DNA of 64,000 nt from a virus. Lineage: Duplodnaviria; Caudoviricetes. This document shows positions 48,401-57,456 of the stretch, piece by piece; the stretch's first letter is position 1; each line of letters starts with the position of its first letter. The notes beneath the pieces are model-generated. The model made no database searches, was not told the DNA's origin, and saw nothing but the letters and a program-made list of their open reading frames with translations. The position numbers and the translations under genes were made by a program. Where the stretch lies: the IMG/VR virus record IMGVR_UViG_2551306035_000001, positions 2,353 to 66,352 of that record, one strand, 5' to 3'.

Positions 48401-51400
48401 CGCGACAGCATCCCACCAAAACCTCGCCGTGCGAACAAATTAGTGCCCTGGGCGTACGCCCTTAAACGCATGCGTGATGTATCTATGGCTGCGGTTAAGG
48501 GAGCATTAACACCTGAGGAGGTGACTGACGCGCTTAAAAAGTCGTCGAGCAGGGACAGCCATAAAGTGATGGGGAGAGCCGCGCTCTATGATGCCGTGGG
48601 TCACGCGAATAGTCTGGCGCATCTATCTTTGACAAGCGGGCATTACAGCATGTTCAAAGGTGAAACGTTTGACCCTCCTAAAACGGTATGGACGGTGGAA
48701 CGTTCAGCCAAAGGCAGTACATATGGGAACTGGCCAAGGCTCTTATCTCATGGCGACACTCAAGACGCGGCGATTGAAGGTTTCAAAGCGCAATACGAGA
48801 AGTTGATGAGCCAACCAAAAAAGCGCAAGTCAGCTTCGTTTGATGTTTATACCAAGCGCAGCGAGCCCGGGTATTTTGTGGGGAAAAAAGTCGGGCGTTC
48901 ATACATAGACCTTGCAGGTCCCATTGACAGTCTTGGGGAAGCTCGCCGTATGGTCGATGAAGACTATGACGTGCTGACAGACAAACTCGATGCTGCCAAG
49001 TTTACGCCGCCACCTCGTCGAGACACCAATGATCCGCGTGTCGGCGAGGACATGCGCGAGGGCAAGGATGTTTCAGCTGAAGATTTTGCGAAAACCTTTG
49101 GATTTCGGGGGGTAGAGTTTGGCAATTGGGTAGAGCAAGGAAAGCGCCAAACCATGGTTAACGATGCGTATGACGCGCTAATGGATATGGCAGCTATTCT
49201 CGGTATTTCTCCAAAAGCCATCTCACTCAATGGCGAGCTTGGCCTCGCGTTTGGCGCGAGAGGCCGAGGCGGTGTTGATCCGGCAGCTGCTCATTATGAG
49301 CCAGGCAAGGTGGTGATCAATTTGACCAAGAAGCATGGCGCTGGATCTTTGGGTCACGAATGGTGGCATGCATTGGATAACTATTTTGCCAAGTTAGACG
49401 TAGGCAGCGATAAACCCAGTGATACCTTCATGACGTCTAATACCGGCACGCACTGGGGGAAAGATCACCAAGTGCGCGTTGAAATGCGCGATGCGTTTAT
49501 GAACGTGATGACCACAATAGGCAAGACAGACCTGAAAGCGCGCTCAATGGTGCACGACCGTAAAAGGAATAAAGACTATTGGTCTACGCCGATTGAAATG
49601 AGTGCACGTGCATTTGAATCGTATTTGATTGCAAAGCTGGCCGATCAAAATGCAAGCAATGACTTTCTGGCAAACATCGCCAGTGAATCAGCATGGAAAC
49701 ACAATGCGATAGGCAGTGATGTTGAAAATGCGTATCCATACCCAACAGCCTCAGAATCCTTATCCCTTCGCCGATCATACGACCGTCTGTTCAATACCAT
49801 CGAGCAACACGCCTTCGATGATGGGCGGGTGATGCTGTATTCCCGCGAAGGGGTATCAACACGTCAGGGTAAAGGCATGTCCGTAAAACATGCTCAGTTG
49901 GGTGTTCAGCAGTGGATAAAAGAATACCGCGGGGGCGCAGGCGTTAAGGTTCAGGTGGTGAAAACCCAGCAGGAAGCGGAAGCTCTATTGGGGGAATCCT
50001 TCCCTGACGCAACATTACATGCCTTTTATCACGGTGGTAGTGGGCAAGTGGTGGTCGTTGCAGACAACATCGACAGCATACCGATGCTTAGACAGAAATT
50101 GCGTCATGAAATTTTAGTTCACCACGGACTTAGAGCGGTGGTGGGAGACAGTGAGTACCAGAAGATCCTCGAGCGGATTCATAAAGGGCGCAACTCCCCT
50201 GCATTAAAACCACTTTGGGACAAAATCCAGAAAGACTATGCCGACAAAGATCCGGTGGTTCAGGTTGAAGAGGTACTCGCCCATGTCGCAGAGCTTGATA
50301 GAAATACGCTTCAACAATGGTGGGATCGAATCGTTGAGGCCATTGCACATGCACTGCGTAAGGTTGGGTTGATACGTCCAAGCGACATCACCCAGGCTGA
50401 AATGAACAATATCATTCAGACCCTGGTTGACCGCGTTAAGTCGGTAAACCACTGGAGTGCGCAATCTAAATCATCGCAAGAAAATACAAAGCAAGCGAAG
50501 GTGATGTTTAGTCGGGTGCCGAGTGATGCTCCCATGATTTGGGGCGAGCCGATTAAAGGTGCAACATACAAAGAGATCAGGGTTAAAGCACAAGCTAAGG
50601 GCTTTCAGCTAGCGGGAAAGGAATACGTCAATAAACGCTCGGGCATAACAGTTAATGTGGGTAAAGCTGGCATAAAGCACACGATGAAAGGTGCAATGCC
50701 GGACTTGGCTGCATCGATACCTTATACCGGCGAGCTGATCCAAGAAGCTTTGTATTTAGGAGCCGTGAATGAGTCAAAAGGAAATAGCAATGTCATTGCG
50801 CATCACTTTTTTGGTGCTCGTTTTCAGGTTGAAGGCAGGGTGCATGACGTGGTGATTGATGTTCGCGAAATGCCTGACGGCAAGTTCTATTATGATCATT
50901 CTTTTGAGCGGGATAATTCAGCTTCCGGTGGCAACAGTTCGGGGCCGCGCCTACATACCCGAGGACCCATCGTACCAGGGGAGGGAGCGGAAGCTGATAG
51001 TAAAACGGTAACACCGGATGATGACGATGTGAAGTTTTCTCTCTCGAATAGTATGACGTTCGAAGAGGCATTGAAGCAGGTAGAACAAGACAAGACTCCA
51101 GGCGACCGGTTCAAGTCAGTACTCAATGCGGTCGGGTTGGCTGTAAAAGGCACTGTTGGCGGTAAGGCAGGTTTAGGTGCGGTATCACTACGCCAATTAT
51201 CAGATTTGGCCTCGGACAAGTTGCCGATGGTGAAAACCTATGTTGATACTGTCCATCGTATGCTGACAAGACGCAATCAAATGGCGTTTGAGTCAGCTGA
51301 GATAGCGCAAGATATTCGTAAATGGGCTGCAAAGAACCAGCATGATGCAGACACCATGTTTGGACTCGCCCATCAAGCCACCGTGGAAGGTGTCGATCCT

Positions 51401-53791
51401 GACGGTGAGTTTGTTTCTGCTGCAGCAGCCATTGAACGTCGTATCGAGTATGTCGAAAATATCAATAAGGGAAGTCATAAGACTCAGGCGCAAACTGATG
51501 AGCTGAAAGAGCTTAGAAGTGATCTGGTTAACGAACCGCGCCGGCAGGCAAAGCACACACAGTTAAAGCGTCAGTTCGATAGGCTGCCTGTGGAGGCGAA
51601 AACGCATTATCGCTCGATGCGTGATAACTATAAAACGCGTCACAATGATTACCGGCGCTTGTTAGAACAACAGATACAAAATGCCGATATCGACGGCAGA
51701 AGAAAGAAGAAACAGATTGCTGAGCTTCGTACTGTCTTTGATTTGCAGGAAGTTCACGCGCCGTATTTCCCGCTAACACGCTTTGGTAAATATTGGTTGT
51801 CTTCCGTCGATGAAAATGGCGAAAAACGCTACATGATGTTCGACAGTGAAATGGAACAAGTCGGCACCGCTGAGCGGCTTCGCAAGCAAGGGTTTGACGT
51901 TGATACAGGGTACCGGCTGGATGGTAATGCGGGTATTAATGGGGCGAGTCTAAGTTTTGTCACTGATTTCATCGGTAAGGTCGACGGGACATCGTTGAAT
52001 GAGGCTAAGAAAGAAGAAATCAAAGACGCTATCTATCAGCTTTATTTGCAGGCTTTGCCGTCTCGCTCAATGCGTAAACAGTTTCTTCACCGCAAGAAAG
52101 TCAAAGGGTGGAGCAATGATGCGCTGCGGGCCATGGCGTCTAACATGATGAAAGGTGCGTATCAGCTCGCCAGGATGGAATTTTCTGATGAGTTAACCAA
52201 GCATGCTAATGACGCGTCAAAAGCCGCTGGCGTTTCTGGAGACAATCAAGCCGGTCGCTATGCCGAAGAGCTGTTGAAGCGCCACGAATGGGTGATGAAC
52301 CCACAACATTCAAGCGTGGCTCAACACATTACATCATTAGGATTTGTCTGGATGCTGGGTGTATCGCCGGCAGCTGCTGCCATAAACACCACACAAAACT
52401 TTGTCGTGGCCTTACCCATTCTCTCGAGTAAGTTTGGTTCAGTAAAAGCGGCGGGTGCGTTGACGCAAACCATGAAAGAGTTTGTGACGAGTAAGGGAAA
52501 GATCCTCGGCAAACTCAATGGGTATGAGGAGAAGGATGCTTATCAGCAATGGCATGACATGGGTTTGCTGGATGCAACCAATGCGCATGATTTGGCGGGT
52601 ATGGCCGAAGCTGAAAACTGGCAATACAACGAAAACCGCGAAAAAGTGATGGGCTGGGTCAGTTGGTTATTTCATAAAGCTGAAGTCTTTAACCGAGAAA
52701 CCACCGCGATTGCGGCTTATCGTTTGTCGAGGCAAAAAGGTGTCAGCCACGAAGCGTCAGTCAAAGCCGCCGCTGACATGACCTGGGACGCGCACTTTGA
52801 CTATACCAATGCTAACCGTGCCCGATACATGCAATCCCCCTCGATGAAAGTCATTACCCAGTTCAAGCAATACAGCCAGAACATGACGTATTACTTGCTG
52901 CGTAATCTTTATGTTGGTTTTAGAGGTGCAACCACAGAAGAGAAAAGGGCAGCTCGAAAGCAACTCGTGGGTACGCTTGGCGTGACGGCATTGTTGGGCG
53001 GCGCGAGTGCAATGCCGCTAGGGATGCTCTATGCGCTGGCGAATGCGTTGAACTCGGCCTTTGGTGACGATGATGAACCGTGGGATGCAGAGATTGAATT
53101 CAAAGCTTATCTATCCGAATTCGTCGGTAAAGAGTTCAGTGATGCGGTTCTTTATGGTGCTGGCGGTGCGGGTTTATCGCCACGTATCTCTCTGGATGGA
53201 CTCTGGGTGCGCGATCCAAATAGGGACTTGGAGGGGCAGGATCTATGGACTCACTACGCACAGCAAATCGCAGGCCCTGTTCTCGGTGGTGTCGTGATGG
53301 GGGCCATCCGCGGCGGTCAGGATATTTCAGAGGGAAGGTATTGGCGTGGTATCGAGAAAACAGTACCAAAATTTGTCCGAGATCCGATGAAGGCGTTTCG
53401 TTATGACGAGGAGGGAGCGTTGAACTACCGAGGAGATGCCTACAAGGAGCAGGGTGATTTCATGTGGCATCAATTGCTTCTGCAAGGGGTTGGTTTTTCG
53501 GATCATGACTTGATGAAGCAGTATGAGCAGAACAATGCCATCAAAGGCTATGAGAAACACATACTAGACCGACGCCGAGACCTGATGACAGCATACTGGT
53601 TAGCGACTAAACAAGCCGATACAGCGTTGATGCTGGATGTGAAAAAACAGATTGGTAAATTCAACGGTACTCATCGAGCTATTGCGATAGATGCGAAAGC
53701 GCTGCGTCGATCTATGAAAGCTAGACATCGAGCGAGTCAGGAAAATCAGAAAGGCATACGTGTGACTGAGAGTTTGCGTGATTTAACGTAA
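45479..53791 (+). CDS. Giant PLxRFG polyvalent/ejection protein with LPD1-like and LPD3-like domains
   Basis: GEKIGGARKD; FGFRGVEFGNW..GSLGHEWWHALD (49355); second HEILVH (50105); PLTRFG (51770); likely ATG at 45491. Confidence 0.8.
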   Translation: MEQNMPNDTLGNNPDATVNGRTDTTFELPEDFDLRAYAPTKNLEVTAGDSAKAVAIGAMNSVEGGAEVVSQTQNFLGDTARELGVPDALIEAANYTPQGLAANYMSWAGDLIGEGSDWIKETLTEDGKEALETMPITEAANGSWKLSTDPAVWGMQLSQGVGYIVPTVASAIATGGMSLPNAVSSLTNMAVRSGARPEVASKAAKIAVNLLQKSPTAAVSMTSDLGAQGQQSKDSILNMSFDDLLKSEVFTSAFMDVDTDPEFALMSDLEKLEEARARVANGASQATMTDPLSLGASVAATLVGDVPLANALVRGTGKGIMKGAAIGAVREAPTEALQGGVEQYVSNKVSNEFAGTDKVLMDGVALGAANEAAIGGVLGGGMGAAGGVRAAPKISTEPTQEPVMSESDEQVAPEASSTDIEPESNEVETPAPAADIETMTSDDGDVVDPLADRRAKSQEVLRQKQVLSDPADHDIQLLKLAYAFDADKTDAALDRIEQGDISAEREIYALAEQASALGIDETGVQQAFDAAVAKRQAGQQSGKLAAKSKAERYITAIEQGRQNLTEQRDGVPTYKPYKQPHDPRIEQSQSERVSREKPHRDFNPDIAKSELRKREANAERAMQGQLPTDVEVDPHEASLREKAAIERAEQPQQNDAISGGVTRPFQREQAYKAAEAQRAEQQAQREHVDENVDQSRQAKGEFSNRPGSMKLREKGKIPLSDVAAISKKTKPMRKRLSRRMAHANPRLKEALLESLRNAPERLAAFDAEAKRRQGVEDAKPENKVRRAKAEALFTQGSETNTEPEFSPNAIKKVMDDLRSRGENLIRELPKAEQQAAREDLRKAEDFVKTRLSMMRDETRANRTKTLKDFSPRYQPENKKDEPSPADDEVSTEPYSEAKNSEAKDSALAQRIDDVGEKIGGARKDIWGAYADSIKGETPEEIQSLTLSNAWPQPNYLALLEQGVSLSAISLFRAMRDSIPPKPRRANKLVPWAYALKRMRDVSMAAVKGALTPEEVTDALKKSSSRDSHKVMGRAALYDAVGHANSLAHLSLTSGHYSMFKGETFDPPKTVWTVERSAKGSTYGNWPRLLSHGDTQDAAIEGFKAQYEKLMSQPKKRKSASFDVYTKRSEPGYFVGKKVGRSYIDLAGPIDSLGEARRMVDEDYDVLTDKLDAAKFTPPPRRDTNDPRVGEDMREGKDVSAEDFAKTFGFRGVEFGNWVEQGKRQTMVNDAYDALMDMAAILGISPKAISLNGELGLAFGARGRGGVDPAAAHYEPGKVVINLTKKHGAGSLGHEWWHALDNYFAKLDVGSDKPSDTFMTSNTGTHWGKDHQVRVEMRDAFMNVMTTIGKTDLKARSMVHDRKRNKDYWSTPIEMSARAFESYLIAKLADQNASNDFLANIASESAWKHNAIGSDVENAYPYPTASESLSLRRSYDRLFNTIEQHAFDDGRVMLYSREGVSTRQGKGMSVKHAQLGVQQWIKEYRGGAGVKVQVVKTQQEAEALLGESFPDATLHAFYHGGSGQVVVVADNIDSIPMLRQKLRHEILVHHGLRAVVGDSEYQKILERIHKGRNSPALKPLWDKIQKDYADKDPVVQVEEVLAHVAELDRNTLQQWWDRIVEAIAHALRKVGLIRPSDITQAEMNNIIQTLVDRVKSVNHWSAQSKSSQENTKQAKVMFSRVPSDAPMIWGEPIKGATYKEIRVKAQAKGFQLAGKEYVNKRSGITVNVGKAGIKHTMKGAMPDLAASIPYTGELIQEALYLGAVNESKGNSNVIAHHFFGARFQVEGRVHDVVIDVREMPDGKFYYDHSFERDNSASGGNSSGPRLHTRGPIVPGEGAEADSKTVTPDDDDVKFSLSNSMTFEEALKQVEQDKTPGDRFKSVLNAVGLAVKGTVGGKAGLGAVSLRQLSDLASDKLPMVKTYVDTVHRMLTRRNQMAFESAEIAQDIRKWAAKNQHDADTMFGLAHQATVEGVDPDGEFVSAAAAIERRIEYVENINKGSHKTQAQTDELKELRSDLVNEPRRQAKHTQLKRQFDRLPVEAKTHYRSMRDNYKTRHNDYRRLLEQQIQNADIDGRRKKKQIAELRTVFDLQEVHAPYFPLTRFGKYWLSSVDENGEKRYMMFDSEMEQVGTAERLRKQGFDVDTGYRLDGNAGINGASLSFVTDFIGKVDGTSLNEAKKEEIKDAIYQLYLQALPSRSMRKQFLHRKKVKGWSNDALRAMASNMMKGAYQLARMEFSDELTKHANDASKAAGVSGDNQAGRYAEELLKRHEWVMNPQHSSVAQHITSLGFVWMLGVSPAAAAINTTQNFVVALPILSSKFGSVKAAGALTQTMKEFVTSKGKILGKLNGYEEKDAYQQWHDMGLLDATNAHDLAGMAEAENWQYNENREKVMGWVSWLFHKAEVFNRETTAIAAYRLSRQKGVSHEASVKAAADMTWDAHFDYTNANRARYMQSPSMKVITQFKQYSQNMTYYLLRNLYVGFRGATTEEKRAARKQLVGTLGVTALLGGASAMPLGMLYALANALNSAFGDDDEPWDAEIEFKAYLSEFVGKEFSDAVLYGAGGAGLSPRISLDGLWVRDPNRDLEGQDLWTHYAQQIAGPVLGGVVMGAIRGGQDISEGRYWRGIEKTVPKFVRDPMKAFRYDEEGALNYRGDAYKEQGDFMWHQLLLQGVGFSDHDLMKQYEQNNAIKGYEKHILDRRRDLMTAYWLATKQADTALMLDVKKQIGKFNGTHRAIAIDAKALRRSMKARHRASQENQKGIRVTESLRDLT

Positions 53792-53980
53792 CAGAAAGAG
53801 AAAAGCGCCTAGAGCATTGTAGATAAGGCGCTCAACTAAAAAAGGCTAATCAAAGCGCAAGGGTCACATGACGCCAAAAAGTGGGGTATCTCTGATTCCC
53901 CCGAGCTTCTCCATACCAACTGGGCCAACAAACGCACCGTGGAAGTGCTGGAGGCGCGTCCATGATCAACAACCCGCAAA

Positions 53981-54313
53981 TTAATGGCTAGAATCCACGG
54001 GCCTGTTTTGTAATGTTAATCCGAGTTTTCTCATACAGGTAAAAGCGCCTTGCAGGCTATTTGACCATTGGTCAATTTTTTCATTTACTTCTTTCTGGGT
54101 TGCATCGGGATTACTTTTCATCGCCTCTAAAGCTTGCTCAGCCTTTTGAACACGCTCTTTTACCCGGCAGTTTATCTTTGCATCTGATATTTCTTGGGGT
54201 GTGGCTCGCTCACCATAGGCGTTTATCCACACTTTTTCTCTCTCAACTAATAGGCCACATCCTGTGAAGGTGATGAGAATAAATGGAATAAAATAGGCAT
54301 AATGTTTCTTCAT
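53981..54313 (-). CDS. Lipoprotein
   Basis: FTGC lipobox after a hydrophobic leader. Confidence 0.65.
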   Translation of the reverse strand: MKKHYAYFIPFILITFTGCGLLVEREKVWINAYGERATPQEISDAKINCRVKERVQKAEQALEAMKSNPDATQKEVNEKIDQWSNSLQGAFTCMRKLGLTLQNRPVDSSH

Positions 54314-54377
54314 AGACAGACAATCCGTTATTTGTCATGGAAGTGAGTAAGTATAAGCTATTGAAAAAAATAACTGT

Positions 54378-54713
54378 CTACTTATGAGACATTAAACCTA
54401 TCACCTTCCCCCCGTCCAGCACCACGTAGTATTTCCCTTTTAGAAAAACCCCAAGCACCTGCTTTTCGGTGACATCTTCCCAAGCACCGCTTTCGTCTTC
54501 ATTCATCGAAAATCCGATGACATCCACGAGTTTGACGAACTGTGCATGCGTGAGGCCTCTGCGCTCCACGAATCCACCGAAAGGGAAGTAAATCAGACTG
54601 CCATCTTTGAGCAGTGCAGGGACGCTTTGACCTGTTGAGGCCTCATAGGTCGCAGCACTGGATGCGCTGAGGATAATTGACTTGTAGTTATGGCGATATC
54701 GGATAGCTGGCAT
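54378..54713 (-). CDS. LexA-regulated hypothetical protein
   Basis: Start re-called at ATG 54713 (MPAIRY...) just downstream of an SOS box. Confidence 0.65.
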   Translation of the reverse strand: MPAIRYRHNYKSIILSASSAATYEASTGQSVPALLKDGSLIYFPFGGFVERRGLTHAQFVKLVDVIGFSMNEDESGAWEDVTEKQVLGVFLKGKYYVVLDGGKVIGLMSHK

Positions 54714-54721
54714 ATAAAATA

Positions 54722-54737
54722 CTGTATATATAAACAG
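54722..54737. promoter_or_regulatory. LexA (SOS) box
   Basis: ctgt-atatataa-acag; the 22 bp 54717-54738 is identical to 15303-15324. Confidence 0.85.
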
Positions 54738-54814
54738 TGTTAACTGTAGCAGGTTTAAAGAGAGCAAGGCAAGACGCACTTTTAGATAGCCAGTACCTTG
54801 CTGCTCGTTAAAAG

Positions 54815-56197
54815 TTATTTCGGAGAGGCTTTGTAACTTTCAGCTGTGAGGTTGAAGTGTTCATCTACAGGTCCTTGCAACGCATAGAAGCTTGCAGAAT
54901 TACCTCTTAAGTCAAACACCCTGTATATCCAATACTGCTCGTTCTTTTGCTGAGATACTTTCACTTCATTTTTTGAAATGAAGAATGCTGTGCCTTTTGA
55001 CTGTTTAGTAGTTTTAACTTCAATGTATTTTTCAATACCGTATCTATCAAAAGATAAAACATCATAGCCGCAGCCATCACTTTTTTCGGCAATATGCTCC
55101 ACTCGTTTTGCTAGGTCCGGGCGTCCAAGTTCAGTCAATGTTTGTTTTTCATGCTGAACAACCAGTTTCTCTCCAGCGTAGCCAAGGTTCCTATTGTGTT
55201 CATCTCGCTCTGCCCAATTGGTTTTTGTGTTTCTATTTGAGTTACGATATTGGCGAGGCACTTTTGTGGAGCTTGATGGCACTTTGGCTTGAGTTAGAAC
55301 GGTTTTTGATACATCTATGGGCTTGTCTTGGCCATCAATAGAAGGCTCCCACTCGTATAGAGCGGATAGCGCTTCATCAGCATGGCTTTGATAATCCAAC
55401 ACCTCACTAATGACCTCCACAGGAATATTCTTGCTGTCTTTGGGATAACTATGCTCTAGATATTCAAGTCGACCTACGTATATGAATGGCTGTGATTTGC
55501 CTTTGATCTTTTCTTGGACTCGAGCGAAAAGTACAACAGGTTCCCCTTCAATGATCATCTTCATATGAGGGGTTTCTGGTGTATTCTTGTTTTGAGATTC
55601 CCAATGAAACACCCTTCCACCAATCAAGAACTTATCATTGTACTTATGGGCATTTTCTTTGTTGTCTTTTTCAAGTGTAACGAACAGTACAACGCAGTTA
55701 TTAAATCTTGTCGGTCCTGGTATATCGCGTGCTTGTTTTGGTACCACAACCCCTCCTTGTTCAAAGGCTTCAAGCTTGGTGTATGCCATGCCCACTCTAA
55801 AATTAGAGTAGTTGAACAGCTCGGACTCACGCTTGGGGGTTGCGCCTTCCTTCTCGGCAGTGCGGAAGCCAAGGTTGTTAAGTATGCGAAAACAACTGCT
55901 CTTCTCCCCACCTGAGAAATGCTCGGGGAGAATGTTTACACCATGATATTCGGATAAGGCGATACCGAGAATGGCCTTTGGTGGGTATCTTTGATCGTCG
56001 ATGATGACATCGAAATCAGTTGAATCTTTGAATGACGCGAATCTCCCATCCATAAAATTGAACTCGGCGGCAGCTTGTCGAATGTGCTCTTGAGATAAAG
56101 GTGCTGCGAACTCCGTTAGTTTTTTGATTCGTTTAGATTTATCTGATACCGGAATTCGACTTCCAAGTTTGGTGATGAGTTCAGCCAAAAGTAACAC
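54815..56197 (-). CDS. Putative modification-dependent restriction nuclease (DUF3427-like + DUF3883 PD-(D/E)xK)
   Basis: YPPKAIL..FSGG N-domain; YNDKF..FHWESQN; GEKLV..GCGYDVLSF..YIEVKTT. Confidence 0.7.
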   Translation of the reverse strand: MLLLAELITKLGSRIPVSDKSKRIKKLTEFAAPLSQEHIRQAAAEFNFMDGRFASFKDSTDFDVIIDDQRYPPKAILGIALSEYHGVNILPEHFSGGEKSSCFRILNNLGFRTAEKEGATPKRESELFNYSNFRVGMAYTKLEAFEQGGVVVPKQARDIPGPTRFNNCVVLFVTLEKDNKENAHKYNDKFLIGGRVFHWESQNKNTPETPHMKMIIEGEPVVLFARVQEKIKGKSQPFIYVGRLEYLEHSYPKDSKNIPVEVISEVLDYQSHADEALSALYEWEPSIDGQDKPIDVSKTVLTQAKVPSSSTKVPRQYRNSNRNTKTNWAERDEHNRNLGYAGEKLVVQHEKQTLTELGRPDLAKRVEHIAEKSDGCGYDVLSFDRYGIEKYIEVKTTKQSKGTAFFISKNEVKVSQQKNEQYWIYRVFDLRGNSASFYALQGPVDEHFNLTAESYKASPK

Positions 56198-56435
56198 CTT
56201 TATATTTATTTCGCTTTCTAACGAAACGATTATGCCATCAGTCTTAGCCTTATCGTATTGGATTCGAGAGTTCTATTGCTAGAAATTAGAGCGAAGTATC
56301 TGGTTTCTCCCACAAAAACAAAATGGAGCTAGGACAGTTCTCTTCTTGAACAGTTAGATTGGAAGCAGCAGTAATGTTGGCAACATATTTTTCGCTCAAG
56401 ATTTTCAAACTAATCGACTAGAAAAGGATTTTTTA

Positions 56436-57173
56436 ATGAACTCGACGCCTATTCTTGCTATGTCATTTTTATTATTTTCCACCTCTGTTTCCGCTAACAT
56501 CTACTCCGCGCTTTGCCCGTTAGGGTGCCCAGAAGTCCGCGAGGGTAACAACCTTGTGTTTACTCACATTTATGCACTCTCGAACAATCCAGAGACTAAA
56601 TTTGCGGACTGGTCGGCGTATGAAGTAAACGTGCTTAACTTTGGACCTGGGCCTGGCAGGGATTGGATGGAGAACAAGCTCATTCCTGACGAGGATAAGC
56701 TAGAGGAAAAGGACTATGTCGGTGCTTATGGTGCGCTTGATATGGAGCGTGGGCATATGACGCCACTGGCAGCCTTTGCGGGAAGTGACTATTGGTGGGA
56801 GACCAACTACATCAGCAACATCGTGCCGCAGCACAAGGTGCTCAACGGCGGTGCCTGGGAAGATTTGGAAGAGGCTATTCGTCACTCAGTGGAATACAAA
56901 AAGCCCGTGTATGTGGTGACGGGGTCTTTGTATGAGAAGCCAATGACTGACATGCCAAAGGCTGATGAAGACCATCAAATTCCATCCGGTTTCTACAAGT
57001 TGGTTTATGACATTGATGGGAATGGCGCGGCATTTGTGATGGAACAGGATATCGTGAAGGGGACTAAGTACTGCGAGACCGCCGTTTCAGTAGCTACCCT
57101 TAACGAGCGAGTCGGTTACCAGCTGCCAGCCGTGAAAGAAAGTTCAGCGATGAAAGGTCGGATGGGGTGTTAG
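56436..57173 (+). CDS. Secreted DNA/RNA non-specific endonuclease (NucA family)
   Basis: Signal peptide; ERGHMTP and TNYISNIVPQ..LNGGAWEDLE motifs. Confidence 0.85.
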   Translation: MNSTPILAMSFLLFSTSVSANIYSALCPLGCPEVREGNNLVFTHIYALSNNPETKFADWSAYEVNVLNFGPGPGRDWMENKLIPDEDKLEEKDYVGAYGALDMERGHMTPLAAFAGSDYWWETNYISNIVPQHKVLNGGAWEDLEEAIRHSVEYKKPVYVVTGSLYEKPMTDMPKADEDHQIPSGFYKLVYDIDGNGAAFVMEQDIVKGTKYCETAVSVATLNERVGYQLPAVKESSAMKGRMGC

Positions 57174-57456
57174 CTTTCCCCTAAACTTTTCCAGTGACAA
57201 ACCCATCAATTACATCGTGTGCCCGCATCACACGTAAAGCGGGCGCTTTGGTTCGCTTTATCCCGCCAAACCCGCTCTAATCGTCAGTGAGAGCCCTTCA
57301 CGCCTTTCTCCTGCCAACGCATTGGTGTTTGGGCTCTCTATTCTGTCAATTTAACAGACCTTTGCCACACTTCAGCTACGACTCTTTGATTACCGTCTTT
57401 ACTCAATTTACTATCCAAATAAGCAAGTAATTTCATTACCGATAGAAGGGCTTTTT

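Noticed and set aside
25029-53560. Many 60-190 aa ORFs antisense to or nested in structural genes
   Set aside because: Shadow ORFs of long, motif-supported genes, with no RBS or motif support.
53846-53965. Startless reading frame ending ..WGISDSPELLHTNW..EARP*
   Set aside because: Looks like a gene remnant but has no start codon or recognisable family.
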